A stretch of DNA of 64,000 nucleotides from Veleropilina oligotropha. Its lineage: Eukaryota. Both the position numbers and the translations under genes were made by a program. A model generated the notes under the pieces. The model saw nothing but the letters and a program-made list of their open reading frames with translations, was not told where the DNA came from and did not search any database. Each line of letters begins with the position of its first letter. The stretch's first letter is position 1. Of this stretch, positions 18,917-32,422 are shown one piece after another. The stretch lies in assembly GCA_048128005.1 (NCBI GenBank), contig JBEUKZ010000006.1:124001-188000 (forward strand). The letters run 5' to 3'.

Positions 18917-21865
18917 TCATTGTTTCGGCCTGGGTCGGACAATGGCTGTCTGGGCAGCTACGCATTGCAGCGAAAAAAGTCCGTCTGCCGCCGTGTTGAA
19001 ATCCCTGAGGTAGTGGCGTATGAAGACATTTGGTTGTTTCCAATAGCCTGCCTCTAATAAAGCCGTCATGTTGAGTGTAAAATTGAACGCGAGTGAAGTA
19101 GATATGGCCCTTACTTCATGTGCGTTTATCCGAACTACATTGTGGTCGACTTCGTTGGAAGCGAGGTAAATCTGTTTTACCGTAGTGGCTATCCATCGGG
19201 CGACGGTAGACTTAGTCACGTCGCGTTTGAACGTAGGCAAGTAGGAAATAAAAAGCTTTTTCTTTCCCTGGCGCATATCCCTAGTTCGGTCCATGTAGTA
19301 ACGGAGTGCTCTAACAGGGCAGTTGAGGCGATCCCGGTCTTTGCGGTCTATGATCGAAAGGCTGGGAATCACTACATCTCTGGGTACGTCTGCGGGTCGT
19401 TGAGTTTTAGCAATGAAACTGAGAACGGACCGTAGTATAACTGACCCGTCTGGCTGGAATTTGATGTCCCGAAGCTCTGAGGAAGCTATGGATTTCGGAT
19501 GACCGTTTGCCCGACGCCAAGGCGATTAGGAACACCGTTTTGTGAGTAAGGAGTTTGAGGGTGCTATCACTCATAGGCTCGTAAGGCGGTCGTAGTAGAG
19601 CGTTCAGGATCAATACTATATTCCAGGCTGGCGGCCGCGCCAGTCCGACGGGTCGTTCGATTTCATACGATCGGACGAAGTCCGATATCGTTGGGTCAGT
19701 GGACAGGTTTACTCGGGACCGGCATTGCTTGAGCGTAGTCGCTATTGAGGTCCGGTATCCTTTGACCGCCGAGGTAGATAGTCCTCGTTCGAATAAAGTT
19801 GATAAGAATTCGATGAAATCGTTTACAGCTGGTCGGAGAATATTGACCGACCGGCCGTTACACCAATCCACGTAGAGATTCCATCTATAATCATAGAGTC
19901 TAGTAGTAGATTGTCTCCTCGATAGGTAGACGCGGCGGGCGATTGCTCTAGAAAAGCCTTTCTTAAGCAGGGATCGTTCGATAAATGCCAGGCGTGAAGT
20001 CTCAAGTCGTCTGGCGACTGGTGGAGTACACGGTTGCGCGGCTGCATTAACAGGTCTGGTCTCTGCGGGAGCGCTAGCGGTTTGTCGATGATCAGTTCGA
20101 GGAGGGTCGGAAACCAGGTCTGCGATCGTCGTAGTGGCGCTATTAGCGTGAGATCGCAACGGTCCAGCGATGCTTTCCTTAGCACTCGGTGTAGAATACA
20201 CGTTGGTGGGTAGGCATACGCGGTCAGATTCTCCCATGACATGGACAGCGCATCTATTTGTAGGGCTGCTGGATCCGGGTAGGGTGATACATACAGAGGA
20301 AGTCGGTAGTTGAACTCTGTTGCAAACAGATCGACTTGGGGTTGTGACCACCGGCGACAAACATCCCGTGCTACTCGGCTGTGTAGCGGCCACTCTGTGT
20401 GTAGAATCTGCGATTTCCGAGAGAGCGAATCCGCTCGGACGTTCAATATACCTGGGATATGTCGTGCTCGTATGGTTGAATCGAGGGACATCACTAGGCG
20501 GTGTAGGTCGATCGCCCGGTCGCATAGTGGACGGGAGCGTGTACCGCCCTGGTGTTGAACGTAAGCAACGACAGTCGTGTTGTCCGTAGCTAGCAGAATG
20601 TGTTTGCTGCGAAGGAGTTCCGAGAAAGACTGAACTGAAAGGAAGACCGCTTCCAACTAAAAGGTTGATGTGTCGTCCACGTAGTTCCTCCGGCCATAGG
20701 CCTGACGTCTCGTGACTGTCGAGGTGACCCCCCCAGCCTTCGTTTGAAGCGTCCGTAAAAAGGTAGGCGTTCGGTTCTGGTGGGGAAATGGGAACCGACT
20801 GGGTCGGCATCGTAGGGCCCAACCACACTGCTGTTGTGGAGTCGAACCAATGCCTGAGATCGATGCGATCCTTCCACTGTCCCGTACGTTGTACCCATCG
20901 TTCCTTGAGGGCCTGTTGTATTGGTCGCTTGTCCATGCGACCCGTCGGTAGCAGGGGAGCTACTGATGCGATATGCCCCAGGACAGTGGCCAGTTGTCGT
21001 GCCGTGGTAACTTTCTGGGAGGATGTCTCCTGTATCACGGCTCGAAGATTCCCGATACGTTTCCCTGTTGGCTTCGCGGTGTAGAGGACCGTGTCGAAGT
21101 CGACACCGAGGAACGTAAACGTCGTCGAGGGCACGAAGCAGGATTTCGTCTCGTTGATCTGGAATCCTAGGCGCTTCGCCGATGACAGGGTAAACCTCAG
21201 GGACTGGAGGCACAGCTCTCGGGACACCCCGAGAATCAGCCAGTCGTCGAGGTACATTGTACTCTGTGCCCATGCGAGTGTAGGAAGGCACCAAGGGCCT
21301 GTACTATCCGCGTGAAGACGTATGGGGCGGACGATAGACCGAAAGGTAGGCACCTGAATTGGTATGTTGTCTGCCCGTGCACGAACCGAAGGTATCTGTG
21401 TGTCGATGTATGCATCGGGACGTGTAGATACGCGTCGGCAAGGTCGATAGACGCTGCCCAGTCGCCCGGACGGATGGCCGTACGTATCTTCGCCAGTGTT
21501 TCTTGCTGGAACCTCTCGGGGCGAAGATACTTGTTGAGGAACGAGAGATCGAGGATCGGTCTCCATCGGCCGTCTGTCTTCGGGACCAGGAAGAAATGGC
21601 TGTAGTATCCTGGTGTGCTGGGCGGCACGGGATAGATCGCTTCCTTCAGGAGCAAATCCCGTACTGCCTGGTCTAGGACAGCTTGCTTCTCCTTGCCTAG
21701 GAGGCGAGTCTGTCCAGGTGGTGCTTCGGTTAGGGTTGGTTGCCGGATAAATGAAAGCTTGTATCCGGCACTCACGACTGAGCGGACCCAGCTGCAGTCT
21801 GTTGTCTCCAGCCAGGGCTGGCTGTATGACAGCAGGCACGCTCCCACCGGCGGGAGCGCCGGCAA
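18917..21865 (-). pseudogene. DIRS-B RT/RNaseH/MT and tyrosine recombinase, frameshifted
   Basis: Pieces in ORFs 21236..21865, 19407..22010, 19823..20656 and 18917..19372; frameshifts near 21258, 20660 and 19415-19480 relative to copy A. Confidence 0.92.
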
Positions 21866-21867
21866 CC

Positions 21868-24108
21868 CTAGGGCCGAGGCTTCCTCTTCCCGCTCTGACG
21901 GGGCTTCGTTGGAGGTGCGGTGGTAGGACGGGGCTTAGTAGCCGTAGGCTTGCCTTTCCTAACCCGTGCACGCTTAGTCGAGCTCTTGCCGTCCCTCGGG
22001 GGGGCGGCACGCTTCCTTGAGTCGGTCGTTTGGGCCCGGGTGGGCCCCGAGGACGGCCTTCTCAATCGCTCTGTCCTTCATCTCGCTGGCTCTCTTCTCG
22101 ACGAATTCGGAGAATTTGTCACCGAAGAGAGTGGGAGCGGACAAGGGAACACAACGCAACGAGCGCCGGGTGGCCTCATCAAGCGTAGTTCCCTCCAGGC
22201 AAGCGTCCCTCCGAAGAAGGAGAGCATTGCCCAGGACAGAAGCGGACTCCAACGCGCTTTTCTCCATGGCGGTAGCAACCTCGGACAAGTATGAAAGTGC
22301 GGCCTTTCGAGCGCCGGGTTCATCTTGTTGTAGGACGACAATCGCCCCATCCAAGAACAAGTCTTGTATGGAGGATTGTCGTAGAGCCCATCGGGCAGAG
22401 CTCTCGAAGTTTTCCATGGCGGCCCATGGAACCTTCGCCGTCGAGGGAGTGGAACTGTCGGGTCTAAGGCGGTGCATCGCTGCGTCCACCCGGACCGAAT
22501 CAGTCGCCAGGCACGGGTCAGTACAGGAAATCCCGTGGGATTCCTTCCTGGCCCGGAGCAGCCTGCCCTTAGAAAGCCCCTTGGGGTATTCTGTGAGGGT
22601 AGCCGTATCCACCGACTTTTTACCCTGAATGGAGCGGGTCGCCTTGTCCAAGACAAGGTCGATTAGCCCAGACTGGGGGAGTGTGGGAAGCAGGGGCGCT
22701 TCCGACTCCAAAAAGCGGTGTGCCGCCGTCCTGTGCTTGGTCTGGCTGACGGTATCGCAATGATCCGGCAGACCAAGCACCCCACGAAGCGAAAGCACGG
22801 CTTCTCGCTGTTTGTGGGTGGTGGAGACGGGTTCCAGGGTGCCTGTGAGACTCGAAGAGTCTTCAGGGCCGACCGACTCAGGGAGGTCGGCTAGAGAGGA
22901 GTCGGAGTCCTCGTCGGGACGAGGGTCGACCTCCATCTCTTGGGTTGGAACCCTGCTCTGCGCCTCGGTCAGAGTAGTAGAGAGCTGGTGTGACTGCGAA
23001 GCAGACGGGGACCAGGATCTACGTAGGGCCTCGCATTCCGCCGCTATCATTGCCCTTACTGACTCCATGGAGACGAGAGGCATGACGGGCGTTGAACCAA
23101 CAGCCGGTGGTTCACGCGAGGTTACCGTGGCGCTAGGGTGTCCGTTCGCATATGTGGGTATCTGGAACCGAGGTCCCTGATACTCCACGTAGCGGTCGCC
23201 GGTGAACAACGGGCCCGAAGGCGAGTTGAGCCCGGCTAGTGTCGTGGCCACGACGCATACGGGTTCACCGCTATGCCCGACTGATCAGGGAAACCCCTGT
23301 AGGATCTGTCGGGCGCGAACGAACCGTCCACACCTCCGGTCGAGAGGCTATTAAAATAGCTTCGAGCGTTGGTGGGCCCTCCGTCGTCGACTTGAGCTCC
23401 TGCATAGAATTGGTGGCCCTCTCGGGTCGCAGTCTCTGTGCGGGTCGTCGGAACGGGTTTCGGCGAGTGTCCGGCTACGTGTCCAAGGACCGAGCCGGCG
23501 ATCGAGTCGTCTTTTACCTGTGGATCTGTTAGAGCGGCATACTTCCCCGGAAGGAAGCTGGGTGACCCTAACAGACCACAGGAGGGATGAGAAGTGCCCT
23601 GCTCTACCGAGGCCGGTAGAGAGGAAGGAGACTTTTCACCCTGAACGTTTCGGAGCGGCGCCCGGTCTGTCTCGCTGGCCAGCGAGTCAGGTTGGGTGGC
23701 TCGTACTTTGTCCGGAGGAGGAGGAACTTGCTCTCGGGCAATAATTGTTACCTGAGTCTCTCGGATCTCACGTGTCCCTGCAACGCCCGCCCCCAGGGTC
23801 GCGGTGGAGCTCGGAGATACGGCGTCGGTCTTCGCTCGTGCTGGATCGACAGCCGGAGTTCCTGAATGAGATAAAGGTGTAGAGTTAGCACACTTACCCT
23901 CATTCTGCTTGGGCCCGGTGGATTCTTCCCGGATTGGAGTGCTGGACAGCATTTTACCCGCAACAAGAAGGGCCCACTGCTTTTCCGTAAAGAAGACGCA
24001 ACGCTTACATGGCTGTTGTTGATTACAGGAACGGTGCAAAACACACCGAGGGTGTTTATCAAATGACAGGATCCTGTTGCCACAGAGGGGGAGGGTACAC
24101 CTGCCCAT
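21868..24108 (-). pseudogene. DIRS-B gag-like ORF1, frameshifted
   Basis: Cys/His N-terminus and LLRRDACLEGTTLD motif; two frame breaks (about 23240 and about 22040). Confidence 0.85.
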
Positions 24109-26212
24109 GGTGGAAGCACGGAAAATTGGAGAGGTTGGAAAACGGAAACTATCTAAATCAGGGTAGGTTTTGTCAAGTTGAACTACGACACTTTCAGGGT
24201 ATGTACCCGGAAGTGTTTCTTACTCGAAGCTGAGTAAGACAGATAAAGATGAAACCGAACCAGCTGGAATTCGCTGACAGCGACTTTATCCAAGCGCTAT
24301 GCGCGTTTAGATAAGGTCGGAAAACAAGGGAAGGGGGTGATTGTTCAACAACCCCCTCCCCCGGACAGGTTGTTAGGAGGGTGAGCGAGTTATCCCAGGA
24401 TTGGCAGATTGAGAATTCGATGAAATCGCCAAAGATCTGCCTTTTAGAGACGCGGAAAATTTTTGTAAATCTTTTTAGCAAGCAAGCGTCTCTAAGGATT
24501 ATTCAAAGTATACAGAAATATTACAGTATATATATTACGTAATCCCGTATACAAGAATAATATAGAACAATCAGAACAATATAGAAAAGATGCCCCCTGT
24601 TAAGGGGGCTACCCTGTGTTGTTGTTCCCTCTGTAGGCGTTCACTCCCTCTTGTTTACATCTCTAGGATTTTCAAGATGGCGCCCAAAAAGGCGGGAAAG
24701 TTTTTTCACAAAGAAAACTTTTCTTCCTTCTAGATCTCCCTTTTCGTAGGTCGAATAGGCGATCGGCTTCTAGTATTCCACTGTAGTACTATAAGGCACA
24801 CTCCAGAAACAATCTTTGGTAAAATCCAACAGGTAGATCTTCAGAAATTATTTCAGAAATCAGCAGCCAAAAGCACTAGGTCTATGCTTGACAACGGAAA
24901 CACTTGAATTGATGTCATAAGACGCATTCGATTGGGACATGTCCTGGACCTCTGCTCTTCTGGAGATTGGGAACTTGGTGCAGAGGGGGGAGGAAGGGAG
25001 TGGTTTTTTGTAAGAGAAGTGCGAATTTGTCAAATTCCACGGTTCCGGTTTAGCGATAATGAGGCCATTATGGCATTAGTAAGGACGTAAGTATGTTTGA
25101 AGTAAATATTTATTAAGTAAATTTGGGATAAGAGCATGGGCTAAATGCCAATATTTCAATTGCAAGCCCATGTAGCGTATGTATTTAGCAATCTGTTCTT
25201 TTCTGAACAAACAGCTTAGCTATTTTATCGACCATTTTAATTTAAGCCGTGGCTACGAGTGTAGAACCATGCATTCAAATCCGAAGGCTAAAAGTGCAGA
25301 ATCATCCTTAATTGCATGGCATCATATGCACCGCTAGAAGTGGCTGCGACTGTCCTGCCGGCTGGCTATCCATTCTAGATCAAAATCCATTCTCTATCAA
25401 CCCAGCCCACCATATGCAACTGTATTGTGATTTTTAGGTGGGTACCACCTTCAGAAGAGACAGTCACTCTGACCGTCCGTTTACCTGGTTGTCTGTTATA
25501 GATCAAAATATGTTCTCGATCAACCGTGCCCACCTTATGCAACCGTGTTGTGATTTTTATCTATGACATGAGGTGGGAAAATCCATACGCTTTTTATACA
25601 TGGCAACGGGTATGGAATAGTTCTGAATGGTAACATGCAGATAAAAACTGTATACATCGACAATGGTTCATTTCGTCTCCATTAATTAATCATTCTTAAC
25701 AATTGTGGTATAAATTAATGATCTAGCTTGAAAATATCTGAGTGAATAATGCACGATTTGCACGGAGATTGGAAAGATTTGAGTGAATTATGTGATCCAT
25801 TTTGAAATATTCAACGGAATTTGAGTGACTAATGAACAACCATCATTGTGCGCAGCTTGAAGAAATTCGAGTTACAGCCTGGCCATTTTTAATATGCACG
25901 ATTTTTCAAATATTATTAAATGTACATATATGACTTTTAGACAAGATCACATGAATTCCATGCCAATTTCAATAACACAAGAGAAGTTTCCATGTCAATA
26001 CAACAGTTCTGGGGGAGTGGGCTATGAATTTTGACAGGACATCTTCGTGTGCATATTCACTTTTATGGGATGTTTGAAGGAATAGTTCAGAAGTGACAGA
26101 CAGGACAGATATGGGTGGAAGAGAATGAGAAATCTGACAATGGGGATTGCGAGAGACAGTATTATAGTAGAATTTTTACATGATTGAATTGGACCTATGC
26201 TGTATTTATAAT

Positions 26213-26392
26213 TAACGTTCAGGTTCAAGGCAAGACATGTCCATATTATCATGGAAGGAAAGCCTGGTCAAATGGGGAACCGTCTCTTTCCGGACAGTTT
26301 CAGACAAATGCGATTGATAACAGAACAAAGAATGCCTGTCAGTTTGCCACAACTCAGATTTGAACCCACTCCTGTTAGTTAGTGCAATCGAG
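26213..26392 (-). mobile_element. SINE body whose tRNA-like head is expanded into the adjacent minisatellite
   Basis: aggttcaaggcaagacatgtccatattatcatggaaggaaagcctggtc matches the SINE family; B box GGTTCAAATC on the minus strand at about 26357-26366. Confidence 0.75.
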
Positions 26393-29300
26393 CCAGAGTC
26401 AGTACTCGAGACCACACGTCTACCAGAGTCAGTACTCGAGACCACACGTCTACCAGAGTTAGTACTAGAGACCACATGTCTACCAGAGTCAGTACTCAAG
26501 ACCACACGTCTACCAGAGTCGGTACTAGAGACCACACGTCTACCAGAGTCAGTACTAGAGACCGCACGTCTACCAGAGTCAGTACTCGAGACCACACGTC
26601 TACCAGAGTTAGTACTAGAGACCACACGTCTACCAGAGTCAGTACTCGAGACCACACGTCTACCAGAGTCAGTACTCGAGACCACACGTCTACCCGAGTC
26701 AGTACTAGAGACCACACGTCTACCAGAGTCAGTACTAGAGATCACACGTCTACCAGAGTCAGTACTAGAGACCACACGTCTACAAGAGTCAGTACTAGAG
26801 ACCAAACGTCTACCAGAGTCAGTACTAGAGACCACACGTCTACCAAAGTCAGTACTAGAGACCACATGTCTACCAGAGTCAGTACTAGAGACCACACATC
26901 TACCAGAGTCAGTACTCGAGACCACATGTCTACTAGAGTCAGTACTAGAGACCACACGTCTACCAGAGTCAGTACTAGAGACCACACATCTACCAGAGTC
27001 AGTACTAGAGACCACACGTCTACCAGAGTCAGTACTAGAGACCACACGTCTACCAGAGTCAGTACTCGAGACCACACGTCTACCAGAGGCAGTACTAGAG
27101 ACCACACATCTACCAGAGTCAGTACTAGAGACCACACGTCTACCAGAGTCAGTACTAGAGACCAAACGTCTACAAGAGTCAGTACTAGAGACCACACGTC
27201 TACCAGAGTCAGTACTAGAGACCACACGTCTACCAGAGTCAGTACTAGAGACCACACGTCTACCAGAGTCAGTACTAGAGACCACACGTCTACCAGAGTC
27301 AGTACTCGAGACCACACATCTACCAGAGTCAGTGCACACGTCTACCAGAGTCAGTACTAGAGACCACACGTATACTAGTCGGTACTAGAGACCACACGTC
27401 TACCAGAGTCAGTACTAGACACCACACGTCTACCAGAGTCAGTACTAGAGACCACACGTCTACCAGAGTCAGTACTCGAGACCACACGTCTACCAGAGCC
27501 AGTACTAGAGACCACACGTCTACCAGAGTCAGTACTCGAGACCACACGTCTACCAGAGTCAGTACTAGAGACCACACGTCTACCAGAGTCAGTACTCGAG
27601 ACCACACGTCTACCAGAGTCAGTACTAGAGACCGCACGTCTACCAGAGTCAGTACTCGAGACCGCACGTCTACCAGAGTCAGTACTAGAGACCACATGCT
27701 TACCAGAGTCAGTACTAGAGACCACACGTCTACCAGAGTCAGTACTAGAGACCACACGTCTACCAGAGTCAGTACTAGAGACCACACGTCTACCAGAGTC
27801 AGTACTAGAGACCACATGTCTACTAGAGTCAGTACTAGAGACCACACGTCTACCAGAGTCAGTACTAGAGACCACACGTCTACCAGAGTCAGTACTAGAG
27901 ACCACACGTCTACCAGAGTCAGTACTAGAGACCACACGTCTACCAGAGTCAGTACTAGAGACCACACGTCTACCAGAGTCAGTACTAGAGACCACACGTC
28001 TACCAGAGTCAGTACTAGAGACCACACGTCTACCAGAGTCAGTACTAGAGACCACACGTCTACCAGAATCAGTACTAGAGACCACACGTCTACCAGAGTC
28101 AGTACTAGAGACCACACGTCTACCAGAGTCAGTACTAGAGACCACACGTCTACCAGAGTCAGTACTAGAGACCACACGTCTACCAGAGTCAGTACTAGAG
28201 ACCACATGTCTACCAGAGTCAGTACTAGAGACCACACGTCTACCAGAGTCAGTACTAGAGACCACACGTCTACCAGAGTCAGTACTCGAGACCACACGTC
28301 TACCAGAGTCAGTACTCGAGACCACACGTCTACCAGAGTCAGTACTAGAGACCACACGTCTACCAGAGTCAGTACTAGAGACCACACGTCTACCAGAGTC
28401 AGTACTCGAGACCACACGTCTACCAGAGTCAGTACTAGAGACCACATGTCTACCAGAGTCAGTACTAGAGACCACACGTCTACCAGAGTCAGTACTAGAG
28501 ACCACACGTCTACCAGTCAGTACTAGAGACCACACGTCTACCAGAGTCAGTACTCGAGACCACACGTCTACCAGAGTCAGTACTCGAGACCACACGTCTA
28601 CCAGAGTCAGTACTAGAGACCACACGTCTACCAGAGTCAGTACTAGAGACCACACGTCTACCAGAGTCAGTACTCGAGACCACACGTCTACCAGAGTCAG
28701 TACTAGAGACCACACGTCTACCAGAGTCAGTACTAGAGACCACACGTCTACCAGAGTCAGTACTAGAGACCACACGTCTACCAGAGTCAGTACTAGAGAC
28801 CACACGTCTACCAGTCAGTACTAGAGACCACACATCTACCAGAGTCAGTAAAAGAGACCACACGTCTACCAGAGTCAGTACTAGAGACCACACGTCTACC
28901 AGAGTCAGTACTAGAGAACACACGTCTACCAGACTCAGTACTAGAGACCACACGTCTACCAGAGTCAGTACTAGAGACCACACGTCTACCAGAGTCAGTA
29001 CTAGAGACCACACGTCTACCAGAGTCAGTACTAGAGACCACACGTCTACCAGAGTCAGTACTAGAGACCACACGTCTACCAGAGTCAGTACTAGAGACCA
29101 CACGTCTACCAGAGTCAGTACTAGAGACCACACGTCTACCAGAGTCAGTACTAGAGACCACACGTCTACCAGAGTCAGTACTAGAGACCACACGTCTACC
29201 AGAGTCAGTACTAGAGACCACACGTCTACCAGAGTCAGTACTAGAGACCACACGTCTACCAGAGTCAGTACTAGAGACCACACGTCTACCAGAGTCAGTA

Positions 29301-30698
29301 CTAGAGACCACACGTCTACCAGAGTCAGTACTAGAGACCACACATCTACCAGAGTCAGTACTAGAGACCACATGTCTACCAGAGTCAGTACTAGAGACCA
29401 CACGTCTACCAGAGTCAGTACTAGAGACCACACGTCTACCAGAGTCAGTACTCGAGACCACACGTCTACCAGAGTCAGTACTCGAGACCACACGTCTACC
29501 AGAGTCAGTACTAGAGACCACACGTCTACCAGAGTCAGTACTAGAGACCACGTCTACCAGAGTCAGTACTCGAGACCACACGTCTACCAGAGTCAGTACT
29601 AGAGACCACATGTCTACCAGAGTCAGTACTAGAGACCACACGTCTACCAGAGTCAGTACTAGAGACCACACGTCTACCAGTCAGTACTAGAGACCACACG
29701 TCTACCAGAGTCAGTACTCGAGACCACACATCTACCAGAGTCAGTACTCGAGACCACACGTCTACCAGAGTCAGTACTAGAGACCACACGTCTACCAGAG
29801 TCAGTACTAGAGACCACACGTCTACCAGAGTCAGTACTCGAGACCACACGTCTACCAGAGTCAGTACTAGAGACCACACGTCTACCAGAGTCAGTACTAG
29901 AGACCACACGTCTACCAGAGTCAGTACTCGAGACCACACGTCTACCAGAGTCAGTACTCGAGACCACACGTCTACCAGAGTCAGTACTCGAGACCACACG
30001 TCTACCAGAGTCAGTACTAGAGACCACACGTCTACCAGAGTCAGTAATAGAGACCACACGTCTACCAGAGTCAGTACTAGAGACCACACGTCTACCAGAG
30101 TCCGTACTAGAGACCACACGTCTACCAGAGTCAGTACTAGAGACCACACATCTACCAGAATCAGTATTAGAGACCACACGTCTACCAGAGGCAGTACTCG
30201 AGACCACGTCTACCAGAGTCAGTACTAGAGACCACACGTCTACCAGAGTCAGTACTCGAGACCACACGTCTACCAGAGTCAGTACTCGAGACCACACGTC
30301 TACCAGAGTCAGTACTCGAGACCACACGTCTACCAGAGTCAGTACTAGAGACCACACGTCTACCAGAGTCAGTACTAGAGACCACACGTCTACCAGAGTC
30401 AGTACTAGAGACCACACGTCTACCAGAGTCAGTACTAGAGACCACATGTCTACCAGAGTCAGTACTAGAGACCACACATCTACCAGAGTCAGTACTAGAG
30501 ACCACACATCTACCAGCATCAGTACTAGAGACCACACATCTACCAGAGTCAGTACTAGAGACCACACGTCTACCAGAGTCAGTACTAGAGACCACACGTC
30601 TACCAGAGTCAGTACTAGAGACCACATGTCTACCAGAGTCAGTACTAGAGACCACACGTCTACCAGAGTCAGTACTAGAGACCACACGTCTACCAGAG
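26393..30698. repeat. 30-bp minisatellite, about 143 copies (4.3 kb)
   Basis: Unit ccagagtcagtact(a/c)gagaccacacgtcta; explains all the SSTDSGRRVV / STRDHTSTRV ORFs. Confidence 0.98.
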
Positions 30699-31759
30699 TA
30701 GGCAAATAATTTTATACAAAATTAAACACCTGACTCATGTATATGGTCTTCAGAAACAGAGTCGCAGTGTGGTTGTGGGTGACAACTTCCATCATAGATT
30801 CATCCATCATGTCAACATGGATGTACTTTCCTCTATGGTAATCATTAAATGGTGTGTCATCATCAAGGGAAGTCGCCTTTACTCAGGGGAAGACGGCACA
30901 CCAAACAATAAGATCTTGCATACTTGTTCTGATCTCTGGTCCAGTGTTAAGCCCAATATCTCTCCATAACTGATCGAAGAAAGTCAGAGAATGGCCCTCT
31001 TGTGTGGTTACTATATAGATGTGAGTTGGTCGCCACTAAATAATGTCTCTTGCAGCCGGTTATGGATGTCGCACTTAGTGTACTGTTAGTCGAAGTCTTC
31101 TTATTCATATTTCAAGGATTCGAGGAAAATCTACATAAAGGAGATCATATCTGACCCTATCTCTCCACATAACCTTGATCATCATCCAGAGCATAGTTTG
31201 GGTTCAACATATTCAATATTAGTAGCACCAATCAGTAATCAGTAGTACCTAATAATCGTGGTTTATACACATGAATAATTATTATGTGTGCAGTGCTATT
31301 TGTAGAAGGAACTGACCTCGGTAGATCGACTGATAGGGCGTCGGAAAAACATAAGTGGAACGATAGGATGTGGGTTCGATTCCCCCAGAAGCTTGGCTTA
31401 TTCTAACGCTTGAAACAAATAAAAGGGATATATATGGCTTCAAAACCCATTGCCCATCCTTAGAAAGTTGATGTTAAGCAGAGTTTCAGAATACAGATAA
31501 AACGGAAAAATTGTCATAAATGGTCCTAAAACTAAAGCTGATTCACTTCTCATATTTATGACAGCAACTACATGCAACTAATGAGATATTATGTTAAAAG
31601 TTAACCGTTTGCTAGATTAGCCGTGACTAACAAGTTACCTTCTGAGCCGAGTTGGGGCCGATAGGTGTGGCTGTATGCCTACTTCTTTATAAGTGACAAG
31701 GTAACTGGGATATTTTCATATCGAAAGCTGAAATATTGTCAATATATGTCATAGAAGTG

Positions 31760-31990
31760 GATTGGATTGGATCGATGATTTATGTCCTGTATAATTACAA
31801 CCATCAGGTTTAAAGCAGGATATATGTCCATATTATTGTGGGAGGAAAGCCTGGTCGCAAGGGGAAATCCGCCCTCTCCGGACAGTTACGGACAACTGTG
31901 ATTCATAACTGAACAAATAATGCGAATGGGCCAACCGAGATATGAACCCACTAATTATTCGTGTCAGCAGAATCAAGCCAGTGATTTTGT
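31760..31990 (-). mobile_element. Diverged SINE copy
   Basis: atgtcctgtataattacaaccatcaggtttaaagcagga...ggaggaaagcctggtcgc...cgccctctccgg matches 672-790; (GGATT)n tail. Confidence 0.7.
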
Positions 31991-32422
31991 GTGATTTCAG
32001 ATTCTGCAATCGATACATGTAATTTCATGTATTGTTAGTCTATAAAATTCTGATTACAAATTGATATCTCATAAATAAACATGGACAGGCGTATTTAAGG
32101 TTCAGAGCATCATTGTTGAAAAAGTTCAGAAGTCAATTTTATGGCAACTACAATTAAGAGTTATTACTCTGAAAGTCAGACACACCAATTAATGATTTAA
32201 ATACAGCGTACTTATTGCAGGGCGCCTAATAGCCTGCGGCTAAACAAAGGTATCTATCAATCCAAGAACAGCGCTGTCGAGTGTACAGTAGTTCACCATG
32301 GCAACATTTATATGAACATGCAATTATTTAGGCTGTTGAAAATTGATATTTGGCATTAATGACATTGCATATGTATATAAATTATGAACCTGACGAAATT
32401 GCCAATGCAATGACATTATTTA

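Larger units (their letters stand above)
17778..25108 (-). mobile_element. DIRS1-like retrotransposon, copy B, full length but frameshifted
   Basis: 198-bp ITRs (17814-18011 / 24900-25097) and ICR 18081-18170. gag is split over 23236..24108, 21974..23251 and 21868..22065; RT and YR are also split. Confidence 0.96.

Noticed and set aside
26212..30709. Long repetitive ORFs (SSTDSGRRVV, LPESVLETTR and others), and a CRISPR-like appearance
   Set aside because: Products of a 30-bp unit lacking stops in most frames; frameshifts within the array; no unique spacers and no cas genes.
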